Counted from the stretch's first letter, positions 21,521-33,317 are shown. The stretch is 64,000 nucleotides of DNA from Diplonema japonicum (GCA_964019335.1 OZ025751.1:62001-126000), one strand, 5' to 3'. Translations and numbers: made by a program. Notes: a model not told the origin generated them from the sequence alone.

Positions 21521-21730
21521 CTCACTCTTCTTCACTCACTAGGAGGCCTCATAACTTTAACTAGTTGATATGAGATTTTGGAGTTAAATTATGGGGCTCA
21601 AGAATGAAAAGAAATGGGTCTTGTCGTGGGGAAAAAAAAAACGGTCCCAACCCCTTGAAATATCTTTTTGGGGGGATTACGGCTCTTAAGTGGGAAAATA
21701 AGCGCTTTCCTTCCCCTTAAAATGTCCTGG
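21521..21730. mobile_element. Decayed 5' remnant of family H element
   Basis: Colinear similarity to 31371-31680 (cttcactcactagg, taactagtt, tgagattttg, cccaaccccttgaaa); ends next to the MITE at 21763. Confidence 0.6.
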
Positions 21731-21762
21731 AAAAGGTGAATCAGTTATATTTTTATATATAT

Positions 21763-22317
21763 GGTCACCTCTCCGCTATTTGTCAATGCTTTTTTTTCGA
21801 AAAATGCGAAAAAACGCTTTTTTTTTTAATTTTTCACAAAAAAGGGGGGGCAGCATTGCAACCACAGGAAGTATGAAAGAAACGTGTAAATAGTCCCGAA
21901 AACTCCGTTAAAGGGCTTGCTTTTGAGAAAAAAAAAATACAATGTGGAGGGATGAAAACATAAAAATGAACCGAAATTCGGCTGTCACGAAAACGGGGAA
22001 AATGCAGCAAATCTCGATTTAAATTTTATTGACAATCTGCAGCCAAAGAGGGGTCCCACTGGAAGGTGCTTTTGTCTCTGTTCGATCTTCGGTGGGCACT
22101 AGTGAGCCCATTTGTGCGCGTTTTTTGGCCTGTTTTTGGCCCTCCTGATTCAGGCAATAAAATCAGATTTTCTACACAGCTACACTTCTAATAGCTTCAG
22201 AGTGCTCTTTTGGCCCATCAAACACCATGAGGTACTTGTGGGGGTGCTGTTGGACTCTTACAGCGGCTTTTCGGCATTTGCGGGCAGTACTTTGTGACAA
22301 ATAGCGGAGAGGTGACC
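21763..22317. mobile_element. MITE with 23-bp perfect TIRs and ATAT target duplication
   Basis: GGTCACCTCTCCGCTATTTGTCA at 21763-21785 and its reverse complement at 22295-22317; ATAT at 21759-21762 and 22318-22321. Confidence 0.85.
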
Positions 22318-22442
22318 ATATTTTTTTTTTTGTTTTTGTTTCTCTTCTCTTTCAGAAAAAAAGGGATTTTTACCGCTTTTTTTTTTTTTTTTTTCCAAGT
22401 AGAAATTTCAAAAAAGAAAAGGGTGATTTCACTTTGTGTCCA

Positions 22443-22772
22443 AAAAAAGTCGAAAATTCACTTAAATACCCAAAATGGCTGAGCTGACGGCTGTAAAAAA
22501 TTTGAAAACAAAGTATTCATGTGTACAATAGGCAATCTCCTGTAAGTAGACAAGCCTTATTATGCACACATCTTCACATCGGGACTTCCCTTTGGAGTAA
22601 GAAGGGTCTGCCTGGGACTGTTCGGTGGGCACCAGCGACTTGCATTCTGCCCAGGTCTTTATTTGTGGAGAAATAAAAATAAAAAAAAATAAAAGTAAAA
22701 ATAAAAATAAAAATAAAAAAAAATAAAAAACTCAAAGGAGGTTTTGGCTATTATGTAAATTTTCGACTTTTT
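22443..22772. repeat. Degenerate inverted-repeat element (old MITE-like)
   Basis: aaaaagtcgaaaattcacttaaatacccaaaa (22443-22474) is an imperfect inverse of 22742-22772; the interior shares ttcggtgggcac with the adjacent MITE. Confidence 0.45.
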
Positions 22773-23379
22773 GTTGGGTATTTTGTGAATTGCCCCAGAG
22801 AAAAAAAAAAAAAAAAAAAAAAAAACAGGGGGAAAAAAAAAGGGAAATAATAATTGAATTTACGTTTTTTTTCCCCCCAAAGGAGAGGAAGAAGGGTAGA
22901 AGGGTAGAAGTTAAAAAAGAATAAAAACAAGAAAAAGAAAAAACTAAACTGACATTTTCTTTATTATATTTTTTTTTTCCTTTAAAAAAGGGATGGAGGC
23001 CAACGGTCAATCTCCTTCCCTCAAAAAAAATCTATGTGTCTTCTTTTTTTTTTCCTCTTTTTTTTTTCTTCCATCACTGAAATAAAGACAACCACTCGGC
23101 GTTAAGTGAAGAAATAAAAAAAAAGAAAAAAAAAAGACAGGGGGCCCGACGGTGTCTCTGCTATCTGTTTAAGAAAAAAAAAAGAAACAGTAAAAAAAAA
23201 AAGAAGGGTAACAGCAAAAATAAAAAAAAAAAAAAAAAAAAAAAAGAGAGACATTTAAGGGTACCTGCATGCAGGACGCTTGAGAAAAAAAAAAAGACAG
23301 CGTCTTCCTTCTCAAACCTCCACGATCCCAAAAAAAAGAAGAAAAAAAAAAGAAAAAAAAAATCCCGTCCCCCTCCACC

Positions 23380-24267
23380 TTACGGCGAAGCAGCACGAAG
23401 AACAACCGGCACAAACGGGGAAAGAAATTCTTGGATACTTTCCTTGTATTCGCCGTCCAAATAAAAATCGTTATGCCCGCATTTTCGTGAATAAATGGAA
23501 AGCCCGAGTTCAACTGATAACCACTCAGCATGTGCGTAGGGAACAATCGTGTCTTCTGTGCCATGTGCCAAGAAGATGCTTGTGCCATGTCTCTCTATGA
23601 CACGAAGGAGGTTTCGCTTGCTGTCGAAGATGTTGCTAAGGACGGTCCGAGACAGAAACTCGGGAATGAAATAGTCCAGAGCGATTCTGGGAATGGAGTA
23701 GAATGTTGATTGTAACACAATGGCTTTGGGAGGAAACCTGACTGCGAGTGAAGCCGCCACCCCACCCCCCACCGACACCCCGAAAAAAATCAAATTCGTT
23801 TGGTCAAATGTCGGCTCGGATGATAGTTCCACTATGTGGCGTGAAATGTCATCAATAATAGCATCTTCTGTGGGGACTCCCGTTGATTTCCCGTATCCCC
23901 TGTACTCTGGGATTGCCACGTTGAGCCCCATTGCCATGAACCACCTTGCTACCCCTACATAGTTGTTTATATACTCGCCATTCCCGTGGAAGATGAACAC
24001 TGTTGGTGCCTTTGCCATCTGCGGGTTGTCGAAGTACCATGCTTCTGAGCTGCCGTCGTCTGTCGGGTCGTCCACCCAGCTGATCTTTGCGTCTTTTGGA
24101 GGGTTTCCTTCAGGTGGCTGCAGAGCCATGGTCGGGAACAACAGCTGACACTGAACGAACCACAGGAAACACAGGTACATGAAATACATCAAGGGGATGA
24201 CCCCAAGCGCCTTGACACCACCGCCTATGAGCAGCAACATCGCTGTTAGCACTATCCGGCCGAGCAT
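23380..24267 (-). CDS. Alpha/beta hydrolase, ABHD13/ABHD17-like, N-terminal membrane anchor
   Basis: FHGNGE, EYRGYGKSTGVPTE, GVSVGG nucleophile elbow, HGTEDTIVP and GHND. Confidence 0.9.
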   Translation of the reverse strand: MLGRIVLTAMLLLIGGGVKALGVIPLMYFMYLCFLWFVQCQLLFPTMALQPPEGNPPKDAKISWVDDPTDDGSSEAWYFDNPQMAKAPTVFIFHGNGEYINNYVGVARWFMAMGLNVAIPEYRGYGKSTGVPTEDAIIDDISRHIVELSSEPTFDQTNLIFFGVSVGGGVAASLAVRFPPKAIVLQSTFYSIPRIALDYFIPEFLSRTVLSNIFDSKRNLLRVIERHGTSIFLAHGTEDTIVPYAHAEWLSVELGLSIYSRKCGHNDFYLDGEYKESIQEFLSPFVPVVLRAASP

Positions 24268-24312
24268 TTTTTTTTTTTTTCCCCCTGAAAAATTTTTTTT
24301 TGGGAAACAGGG

Positions 24313-24344
<32 letters not shown>

Positions 24345-24367
24345 TAGAAACATTTTTTTCCCCCCCC

Positions 24368-26311
24368 TTAAAAACTGAGCTCGTCTTCCGACCTAGGCAA
24401 GCGAGGGGAGTGGTTGAACCCTTGGTTCACCACGTTGAGGAAGCTTGAACACTGTTTCTGCCGGGTTTTGTTCAGCCACAGCACCACAAGCGCTCCGATC
24501 GTTCCCCACGCCTTGTTGATCTCCGCGAGCCCCGCAGTCTCCGAAAACCCCCTGTAAAACGAAAGATCCACGGCAGAACCCTGGACTTCCGGTGAAGCGT
24601 AAGGCTCCTCGCTCTCCCGAACAGCTTTGAGAGCCTGAAGTGTTTTATTGGGGTTTTGAGGCGCGGTCGGTTTCGCTTGCGGAGGAGCCTTCGCCCTGCG
24701 GATATGCGGCATATCTGAACGGGTTCTTTTAAAAAAAGCAGCGTGCGGCCACGCATCCACCGCAAGATGCGAATAACAAACATGCAGCAGAAAAATACAG
24801 GAAAGAGTTTTCAGCATTCTGTTGCTCGCGGCACCGGTACTGGTGGCGAGCTGCAAGACGGCACCGGTCTGGCAGAGAAACGACAATGGTGGGTTTGAAA
24901 AAGCAGGGTCGCATGTTAAACAAAACGCTAATTTATCGGAAATCGGCAGTTTGCTGTCCATAACAGGCACGAGACCGTCGAGAAGCTCGTGAAGCACAAC
25001 CGAACGCTCCCCGACAAGCTGCGTCACCGATGTTACATCAACCGCTCCCGTTTCACACGAAATCCATGACGAGATCAGCTTGTCCACACCCTGCGTGAAA
25101 ACCAATGGGAAATCTGACGAGTTTGCACATGCCGACACAGTATTTCTAAGCATCACCGCTGCATGAACAATGTGTCTCGGTGGGGGTTGCCTTGTGTCCG
25201 AACCCGGAACAGATGCCTTCAACAAAGAACGGATAGACTCGATCTCGGCTTCTTTTTGCCGAAGCTTGGCTTGTAAATTGCGTTCCTTCTGAACCTGTTC
25301 CTGGTACTCTAAATCCCGTCTGCATAGTTCGTCCAGATGATCGTTTTTGTTGGTTTCGATTTCAGCTTTCAATTTTGCGATTTTTGAGTCGCGTTCGGTG
25401 GTTTGAGCGAGCAGGTTCGTCCGTAGATGATTAATGGTTGGTTGCATGGATTTCGAATAGAGGGTCTCCTTATCGACAACAGCCTGCGATCTTATTACAA
25501 TCATCGCGCAGATCCACCTGTGGAAATATCGTTTCATCGTGGTTATTGAAGTGAACCGTTTGACCTTTCGCAGCAAATAGCTCGACTGCAACCTGCTCAG
25601 CTTCGTGTATTTTCGCAAAGATGTGAACACGAAAGATTTTATCTTGAGCCGGTACACCGTCAGCGTGCAGTCTAAAACCCTGTACAGCGCTCTTAACGAC
25701 ATCGCTTGCCTTGTGTTTTGGTTTTCAAACTTCACGAGTCGGAGCAGTGCTTCGTCGAAAATCTGAAAATAAGCGTTTTTGTCATGCCGGGTACAGTCGC
25801 GTTCAATTTGATTCGCTAAGGAAGCTGTTATGGAAGTTCTCGGAGGGTGGGTGCTTGGTTGGTAAAATATACAGGAATGGAGCTGGTTTAAAGCCCACTC
25901 TATTGAGATAGATTCGCCCACCTTCGCCTCGCATATTTTTCGAATTATTTTATCGGCAGCGGTGGCGCGGGTAAGCTTTCCCCTGTGCGTGTTCAAGCTT
26001 CTGTCTGCAAGTACCCTTGTCATGTCGGCCCATGTTACAATCGATGAGAATTTCTTCGCTTCTTCGTCCGCTAGTTCGCCCCATTCCTTGGTCTTCTCCT
26101 CCGCTTCCTTGCATTCTCTGTTGTACCTGGTGCACACTCGATCGATTGTGTTTCGCCTCAAAGGCGGGTTGGGCAGTAATGTTCGGTTTTTAACCCGTGT
26201 TACCCGAGCGGACATCACCCTGATATTCCGGGGAACGGTCTGATTTGCAGCGTGAATCTCCTCCAATGCTTTTATAGAAAGCGGCTCGGGACATATGAGA
26301 TAGTCCCCCAT
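24368..26311 (-). CDS. Uncharacterised protein with central coiled coil (647 aa)
   Basis: Long high-complexity ORF in the co-directional cluster; no family recognised. Confidence 0.7.
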   Translation of the reverse strand: MGDYLICPEPLSIKALEEIHAANQTVPRNIRVMSARVTRVKNRTLLPNPPLRRNTIDRVCTRYNRECKEAEEKTKEWGELADEEAKKFSSIVTWADMTRVLADRSLNTHRGKLTRATAADKIIRKICEAKVGESISIEWALNQLHSCIFYQPSTHPPRTSITASLANQIERDCTRHDKNAYFQIFDEALLRLVKFENQNTRQAMSLRALYRVLDCTLTVYRLKIKSFVFTSLRKYTKLSRLQSSYLLRKVKRFTSITTMKRYFHRWICAMIVIRSQAVVDKETLYSKSMQPTINHLRTNLLAQTTERDSKIAKLKAEIETNKNDHLDELCRRDLEYQEQVQKERNLQAKLRQKEAEIESIRSLLKASVPGSDTRQPPPRHIVHAAVMLRNTVSACANSSDFPLVFTQGVDKLISSWISCETGAVDVTSVTQLVGERSVVLHELLDGLVPVMDSKLPISDKLAFCLTCDPAFSNPPLSFLCQTGAVLQLATSTGAASNRMLKTLSCIFLLHVCYSHLAVDAWPHAAFFKRTRSDMPHIRRAKAPPQAKPTAPQNPNKTLQALKAVRESEEPYASPEVQGSAVDLSFYRGFSETAGLAEINKAWGTIGALVVLWLNKTRQKQCSSFLNVVNQGFNHSPRLPRSEDELSF

Positions 26312-26378
26312 CCCGCCCCCTGGGGTTGGACTAAAAAAACTTTTTTTTTTGAAAAAAAGAGATTTTTTTTTTTTTTTT

Positions 26379-28469
26379 TTAGAAAGCCACCCCTGTGCTG
26401 TCTACCACCACCTCGTGTACTCGGACCGCCACCGAGGTGTCATCGTATCCCCATTTTAGTACCAACACATTCTTGCTTGATTTTCCCCTTTCCAAGCTGA
26501 TGGATGTTTTTTCGAATTGGATGGCCCCGTTTTCCTCGCGCACGGTGAGAGTGGGCAAGCACCGTTGCAGGGTGTGGAGAATCGACGGGAAAAGAGTTTC
26601 CTCAGGGGCAGGTGTGGGGAGAGGCTTCAGGGCAATGATCGCTTCGAATCCTGCTGGACGTTGAGCGGCGATGGGTACTAAATCCCTCGCGTTATCAACT
26701 GTGATGTGAAATGTCTCGTTTGTGCACGAAGCAGTGGCGACAAGCCCGTCCACTGTGATGTTCGTCCCCCATGAATCAAAGCTCTGCGTCAACACGGGGA
26801 ACTTCGTTCCCTTCCGGCCGAGTAGCATCTTCTTGACAGACTTCTCCCATTCTTCAATGTCGCACCCGCAATCACCATCGCAGGGCCCGTTCTTGACCTC
26901 GTCACCCACGGCAATACCCCATTTTTCCCACCATTTTTCATCGCCGGTGTATCTCTGTTCAGCCACGTCACCTGCTTCAGTCCTCTTCTGTCTTTTTTCG
27001 GTGTTGTTGTGTTCGAGCCAGTCGTGGGTGAAACCCGCGGCTCTGTTCAAAGCTGCTTTTGCTTTTTCGTGAACGCATGCTACGACATCGGGAAGGACCT
27101 GTACTGGGATGTCTCGTTTGATGTTAATGCTGAGATTCGCACCGTTTTTCGGGCAGTAACACCGTGCCTGTGTCTCAGTCTCGATTTGTTTTTGTAAAGG
27201 GAGCATTGCCTTTTCGTAGTCACCGTGAACCAACACAACGTGTTGGGGGTTTGAAAGCTGTATGAGTTTCATGATGCCGCGTGCGTCTGCGTGCGCTGAG
27301 AATGGAAGCGAGGCCACCTTGCATTTCACGTGATAATCTCCCCCGTCGATTTTCACATTTGGTTTCTCGTTGGTGAGTACTTCATGACCGACGGTGCCTT
27401 CAACACAGTACCCTGGTAGGATGACCGTGTTTTTCGAGTCCGTGCACCATTCTTTGAACGCCTTTAGTGAATTCCCGGCGTGGAGCATCCCGGGGGTTGA
27501 GAACAACACCAATGGTTTGTCCGACGCGAGGAGATCGTCGTTGAAAACCCCAACAGAGGGAAAGCTGAACGTACTGTCTAGCGATCCCGTCACCGCTTCG
27601 GAAGCCCAGTTTGTGTACAAACTGTAGTATTCGTTCGCACGACCAACCATCCCACGGGAGAAATAAATCGGGACGGTTAGATTCATACGTTTCCAGAATG
27701 CTTCAACAAGAATGAGAAGCTCTTGTGCGCGGCCCATGGCGAACACGGGAATGAGAACTTTACCGCCGGACGACACCGTTTCATAGATAAGAGACAGAAA
27801 ATCCCTTTCACGATGTTTCTTAGAATCCCGTATAGTGTTACCATAAGTTGATTCGGTGATTATTACATTTGGTCGGACGTTTGGAGGAAGCGTTGCACCT
27901 CTAAGGTGACGGTCGGAAGTGGTGTTGTAGTCGCCCGTGTACAGTACTGAGGTCCCGTTGACTTCTATGAGGAACATGGTCGCGCCTAGAACGTGTCCTG
28001 CATAGTACGCGGTGATCTTTAAATTCCGTTTGGGAAAGTGAATCGTTTCGTGGAGTCCTATCGCCGTTGCTTTTTCCATGCATTTCTTCGCGTCGTCTTC
28101 CTTCCAGATTTCCTTCCCCTTGTTCCGAGATATTCTCCAAAAATCCTGCAGTAGTAATGGTGCTATCGAACGGGTCGGTTTGCTCATGATTAAGGGTCCG
28201 CTGTACCCTACTTTTTCTGTTAGAAACGGGAGGGCGCCTGCGTGGTCTAGGTGGAAATGTGTCAGGAGAACAGCGTCCAGCTGTGTAGTAAGGTCGCCAT
28301 CTCCGATCATTGAAAAATCCGGGAACTGCTTGTGGTTTGTGTACCCCATGTGCATGCCGCAGTCCGCCATGACCATGACGTCGCCAATGGTGATGAGAAC
28401 GCATGAGCGGCCGACTTCTTGCCCTGCACCGAGGGGTGTTATTTTGACTTCTGACTTCCCCGTTTGCAT
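26379..28469 (-). CDS. INTS11: Integrator complex subunit 11 (CPSF73-like beta-CASP endonuclease)
   Basis: PLGAGQEVGRSC, DCGMHMGY...FPDFS (IntS11-type), THFHLDH, AGHVLGA, YTGDYN, TPGMLHAG and FSAHAD; C-terminal domain retained. Confidence 0.85.
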   Translation of the reverse strand: MQTGKSEVKITPLGAGQEVGRSCVLITIGDVMVMADCGMHMGYTNHKQFPDFSMIGDGDLTTQLDAVLLTHFHLDHAGALPFLTEKVGYSGPLIMSKPTRSIAPLLLQDFWRISRNKGKEIWKEDDAKKCMEKATAIGLHETIHFPKRNLKITAYYAGHVLGATMFLIEVNGTSVLYTGDYNTTSDRHLRGATLPPNVRPNVIITESTYGNTIRDSKKHRERDFLSLIYETVSSGGKVLIPVFAMGRAQELLILVEAFWKRMNLTVPIYFSRGMVGRANEYYSLYTNWASEAVTGSLDSTFSFPSVGVFNDDLLASDKPLVLFSTPGMLHAGNSLKAFKEWCTDSKNTVILPGYCVEGTVGHEVLTNEKPNVKIDGGDYHVKCKVASLPFSAHADARGIMKLIQLSNPQHVVLVHGDYEKAMLPLQKQIETETQARCYCPKNGANLSINIKRDIPVQVLPDVVACVHEKAKAALNRAAGFTHDWLEHNNTEKRQKRTEAGDVAEQRYTGDEKWWEKWGIAVGDEVKNGPCDGDCGCDIEEWEKSVKKMLLGRKGTKFPVLTQSFDSWGTNITVDGLVATASCTNETFHITVDNARDLVPIAAQRPAGFEAIIALKPLPTPAPEETLFPSILHTLQRCLPTLTVREENGAIQFEKTSISLERGKSSKNVLVLKWGYDDTSVAVRVHEVVVDSTGVAF

Positions 28470-28494
28470 TTTTTTTTTTTTTTTTTTTCTGAAA

Positions 28495-29565
28495 AATAAC
28501 TATTTATTTAGTGAAAATAAGATCGTATGATTTTCACGCGTGGTGGCAGTGGTTTAACGAGTGGGTATATGACTTCACGAGCGAAGCGAGTGAAGTAACA
28601 TCAATGAGTTAAACATGCCACCACAAGTGAAAATCGGATCTATTTTCACTAAATCCGTTGTTTTATTTAACGTCAGTCAGATTTGAAAGGGTGGGGTATT
28701 ACAAGTTACAAGTTAAAATTTTACTGGGGGTGCTTCTGGTTGATATTGATTGTCAAGGCATATCCTGTGTGGTGCGGGCTGTGCGTCCATGAGTGCTGAC
28801 AGGACCTCGGTCTGGACCTGTGAGGCTGCTGCCTGGGTTGCTGAGGTTGCCCCACTAGCAGCTGTCACCGCTGCTGGCTTGCCAAGCCCACCTCTCTCCC
28901 CTTCTGTTGAGAGAGGCGACCAGATCTTTGAGTGACGTAAAAAGTGAGATTCCCAGATTCGAACCGGGGTTTCCAAAACAAGAGGCCTGTGTGGTAACCA
29001 CTTCGGTGATTTCTTTTCCGTTTTTTTTTTTTTTTTTTTTTTTTTGCTATAAGTGCACTTGTATCGGAAACCCTGGTTCTCCTGCCATAGTGTTCCTTTA
29101 CTGCCCATCCCTACGGGGGACGGTTCTGTTTTTAACTGGTTGCCTAGAGGCCAGTGGTCACTTACGGATCGAGCCGCCTTCTGCGTTATTCCACCGTGGA
29201 AGGATTTGTTGGCCCCGCCCGGAGCCGAATGTTGGCGTTGGAGATGATGTGAGAGGAAGAGATCACGGGTCGACTTCCCGAAAGATACCGAGAGGAGGGA
29301 ATCGATCCCGGGCCTTGGGGATTGGTAGCCGGCCAGACTACCACTAGCCCGAAGGCTAGCCAATCTTTTCCGTGTTTGCGCCCCCAACCCCTTGCTGTGC
29401 AGTGAAAATAGGCAAGCGTGAATATAAAGTACTTTATATTCACTCATAAAGTAATTTTCATTTCTGCCCCTGTTTTCTTCCTAAAACAAGCCTGAAATCT
29501 GCAATGAAAATAAAGTGAAGCGTGAAATATTATATTCACTCCCACCCTTGAAAATCTGACTGGAG

Positions 29566-29575
<10 letters not shown>
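28495..29575. mobile_element. Non-autonomous element with asymmetric inverted repeats and ~150-bp terminal hairpin (family H, copy B)
   Basis: Hairpin 28506-28654 with GCGAAGC tip; subterminal IR 28661-28695 pairs with terminal IR 29541-29575; GTGAA(A/T)ATA motif array including a perfect palindrome at 29418-29443. Confidence 0.75.
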
Positions 29576-29599
<24 letters not shown>

Positions 29600-29601
<2 letters not shown>

Positions 29602-30031
29602 ATCTTTCATCAGGATAATAGCCTTCAATTTTTTTCGCCGATCTCGCACAGTCCAGGACTTTGCTGTGGTCGTTGGTCACGGAAAGCTCGAACGCGAATA
29701 TCATCGCCGGTCCCAACGCCGCCAGGAGCCAAAATAATGTAAGAGGAAGGTGTGTCGCTAACTGTCGGACTTTAGACGATTTTTCGTAAAACTTTTCTGT
29801 CCCTCTCGACCGGAGGGAGGTGTGGGGGTTGGGTATGGTCATGATCGTCCCGTTGAGCGAATCCGCTCTCACTTCTACTGGTTCCCCGTATTCCCCGTTC
29901 GATGTAACTATCACCGGTTGCCAATTCCCGCCAAATGTTTTCAGCTCAAGCTTCGCACCGATTTGGCTCCATATTTGATTTTTTTTCGAAGCTTCTTCGC
30001 CGCAACGTTTGAAAACGGTTCGGCGCAGCAT
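29600..30031 (-). CDS. Small putative mitochondrial membrane protein (143 aa)
   Basis: MLRRTVFKRC presequence-like start after an A-run; one hydrophobic segment. Confidence 0.7.
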
Positions 30032-30158
30032 TTTTTTTTTTTCCCCCCTAGATTTTTTTTTTTTTTTTTTTTTTTTTTAGAAACATTGTAAAAAAAAGAA
30101 CAAGAAAAAAAAAAAAAACTTTTTTTTTTGATCAAACTGATATGAAAATGATTTAACT

Positions 30159-30569
30159 TCACATCCTCCTTTGTTTCTTTTTCTTTGGTTCTTCGTCCAC
30201 CGCCATGAAGTTGGTCGCTTTTTCGTCGCCGAATGCATCTGAAGCCAAACGTTTTTCCGCCTCCACGCGTTCCTTCTCCAACCTTATCTCCCTGCGCTTC
30301 TTTCCAGCTCCCTTCATTAATCTCTTTACTACATTCTTGCGCTCTCTGTATTTTGCCTTCATCTCCGATCGCTCCTCCTCGGTAAGTATTCTTGGCGCCT
30401 TCTTCCCCAGTTTTCTCCTTGCAACACGCGACATGGGCCTCTCCGTCGGTGTCTCTATGAGTGAGTTGACACAGTTTCTCTTCGACTTGCTCTTTACTAT
30501 TTTGTTCGTCACTTTCGTGCTGTTACTGAATCTCACCAATTTCTTCGGTGCTTCTTCATCAACTTGCAT
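30159..30569 (-). CDS. Small basic coiled-coil protein, possibly nucleolar (136 aa)
   Basis: Start MQVDEEAPKK at 30569 after an A-run; K/R-rich. The upstream part of the called ORF is low-complexity intergenic DNA. Confidence 0.7.
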   Translation of the reverse strand: MQVDEEAPKKLVRFSNSTKVTNKIVKSKSKRNCVNSLIETPTERPMSRVARRKLGKKAPRILTEEERSEMKAKYRERKNVVKRLMKGAGKKRREIRLEKERVEAEKRLASDAFGDEKATNFMAVDEEPKKKKQRRM

Positions 30570-31363
30570 TTTTTTTTGTTTATTTGTGTGTACAGACCCC
30601 CTTTCTTTGGATTTCGTCATACGAACAAAAAAAGGGGGGGTATGACGAAATAAACAGAAAATTTTGAGGGGGGGGGGTGGGAGAAAAAAAGAAAGAGCGA
30701 GACACACAACGAAAATATAAAAAAAATAAAAAAAAAAACGAAATAAAATAGTAACACACACAGGAGAGATTGTACTGATTTTTTTTTCACTTATTTTTTT
30801 TCTCGCCTTCATAAAAAAAGAGGGGAGGGGGATGGGACAACAAAAAAAAAACCATAAGCACCATGACAACGGGGAATTTTTTTTTGTTTGTATAAATTTG
30901 TCTTTTTTTTTTTCTTCTCTTCTTTCCCTCGTTTCTGTCTCTTTGTTCAGCGCATGGGGGTTTAAAAAAAGGATTATTTTAGGATCTTGTTGCAACGAAG
31001 GGGAAAAAAAAGCTTTGCGGAGATATATTGAAGATACTTTCCAATTTTCTCCTGATGAATAAATTTTCCAAGTCAAGCCAGCTTTCCCGCCTTACACCCC
31101 ATATGGACCCCAATCTTAACACGATCCTAATTTTCTTTTAAAGGCTACAAGATATGTTATAGATCATAGAAACATTTTTTCTTTTTTTTTCCCTTCTTTC
31201 TTTCCCGCAAGAAAACAAAAGAACACAACACAAAACAAATAATTTTCCGAGTTTTTTTTTTTTCTTCATTTTTCTTCTTTTTTTTTTTTGCAGGAGACAC
31301 GTCTGGAAGGAATTCAAAAAAAATAAAAATAAAAAAAATAGCACACTTCTTTTTTTTTTTTTT

Positions 31364-31938
31364 TTTTATTTCACTCTTCGTCATTTTCTTCACTCACTAG
31401 GGGCCTCATTATTTAACGCGAAATGGCCATTATTTAACGCGAAATCGCCATTATTTAACTAGTTAAATAATGAGATTTTGCAGTTAAATAATGGCCCTTC
31501 AGAGTGAAATAATGGCCCTTCAGAGTGGAAAAATGAGTCTCGCCGTGGAAAAAATGCACCCAACCCCTTGAAAAAATTTTTTGGGGTGGGCGTATTTTGA
31601 CTATTTTTGGCCATCTGAGGCCATTCCAGCCCTTAAAAGTGGGAATAAGTGCCTTACTTCCCCTTTAAATGCCACGGCGAAATAGCAACCCCATATTACC
31701 TTAGGAAACTCCCCAAAAAGGCTGACCTGCGTGAAAAAAAACAGCAGTGAAAGCAGTGAAGAGTGAGTGACTCAAATGACGAAGAGTGAAATAAAACGAC
31801 TTACTTGCCGCCAAATGAGCCATTATTTAACTCTCGTTACCCGTTTTTTTGCACTCGGGCCCTGCGGGCCCTCGTGCAAAAAATTCGGGAACTCGAGTTA
31901 AATAATGACTCATAATTTGTTAGCAATAAATAGTTATT
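31364..31938. mobile_element. Non-autonomous element with asymmetric inverted repeats and ~130-bp terminal hairpin (family H, copy C)
   Basis: Perfect 23-bp IR at 31364-31386 and 31774-31796; hairpin 31801-31929; CATTATTTAAC iterated including palindrome cattatttaactagttaaataatg; T-runs at both flanks. Confidence 0.8.
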
Positions 31939-32173
31939 TTTTCAATACCATTTTGTTATTCTCTTTTTTTTTTTTTTTTTTAATTCTTCTTTTTTCTTCT
32001 CCCTTTCCTCTTGTCTGTTTTCTTTTCTTTTAACTTAACCGACGCAAAGCTACATTGCGTTGTGGAAAAAAAAACGAAAAAATAAAGGAAAATGGGGGGG
32101 AAAAAAAAAAGAGACATAAAAAGGGGGCGGAAAGAGCAAGCTGATTGCTCTTTTTTATTTGGTGCAAGTCGGG

Positions 32174-32221
<48 letters not shown>

Positions 32222-32586
32222 TTCCGGCTTATGTGCAAACTCGCTCCAGAAACCGGTGAACCAAAAAAAAATAAAAAAAGAAACGTTTTTTGTCCATTCT
32301 GGTTAAAAATACAATAAATCAAAAAGGGGCACTTCCTTCCTTTTTTTTATTTTGCTGAATAGGTCATTTTTGATCCAAAAAGCTCAAGAGGAAAAAGGAA
32401 AAGAAAAAAGGAAAACACAGAAAAAAAAATAGAAAAGCCTGTCACCGAAGAAAAAAAAAAAAGAAAAAAAAAAAAATAGATACAGAGAAATCCACGGTCA
32501 GTGGTTCCCAAGCTAAAGCAACGGCCAAAAAAAAAATTAAAAAAAAAACTGTGGTTAAGGACAGTTTTAAGTCTGAACGAACGGGG

Positions 32587-32636
<50 letters not shown>

Positions 32637-33317
32637 CAAACTTGTTTTTTCTTTTCTTTCTTGTAAAAAAAAGAAAAGTCCCGAAAAAAAACAATTTTTT
32701 TCCCGTAAATGAAAGGAAAAAAGGAAAAAAAAAAAAAAACTAACCTCAAACAAATGGGGGTAATAGATACCAAAAAATCGAATTTTTTTTTTTTTGCCAA
32801 AAGAAATCGACCAGACTCAAACCTTTTGTTTCAAAACGTAAACAAAAAAAAAGGGGGGGAGGAGGGGGGGAAGAGTGAAACAAAAAAAATTGAATAAACG
32901 AAAGACGAAAAAGAGGGAACAGGGGAGAAAACCAAACAAAGGAGCACTTTCTTTTTTTTTTAAAAAAAAAAGAGGAATTTTTTCCCTTTTCTTTTTTCCT
33001 TCTTTTTTTAGCACAGCAAACGCGCCGCATATTGAAACTAAAATATGACCGAATGAGTTTTCCTCCCTACTTTAGTCCTCCCAGCATTTTGTTAAAATAA
33101 CACGGGTTTGCGAGGGTTACATTGATATCAATGCAGCATGTTTTTGCTATGTTTTTATATTGAAAATAAAAAAAAATATTCTACACACCATTATCCCCAT
33201 TAAAAAAACTTTTTTTTCCCTCTTGTTTCATCACACCCCCCCTTCCCCCGCCACCCTCCTCCCCCCATCTACCTACCCTACCTCACCTTGTAATAAAATA
33301 AAATAAAAAAAAAAAAA

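Noticed and set aside
28713-29447. 244-aa ORF inside family H copy B as a transposase or captured gene
   Set aside because: No ATG start, it crosses a poly-Lys run and has no HUH, DDE or tyrosine-recombinase motif. A decayed gene fragment cannot be excluded.
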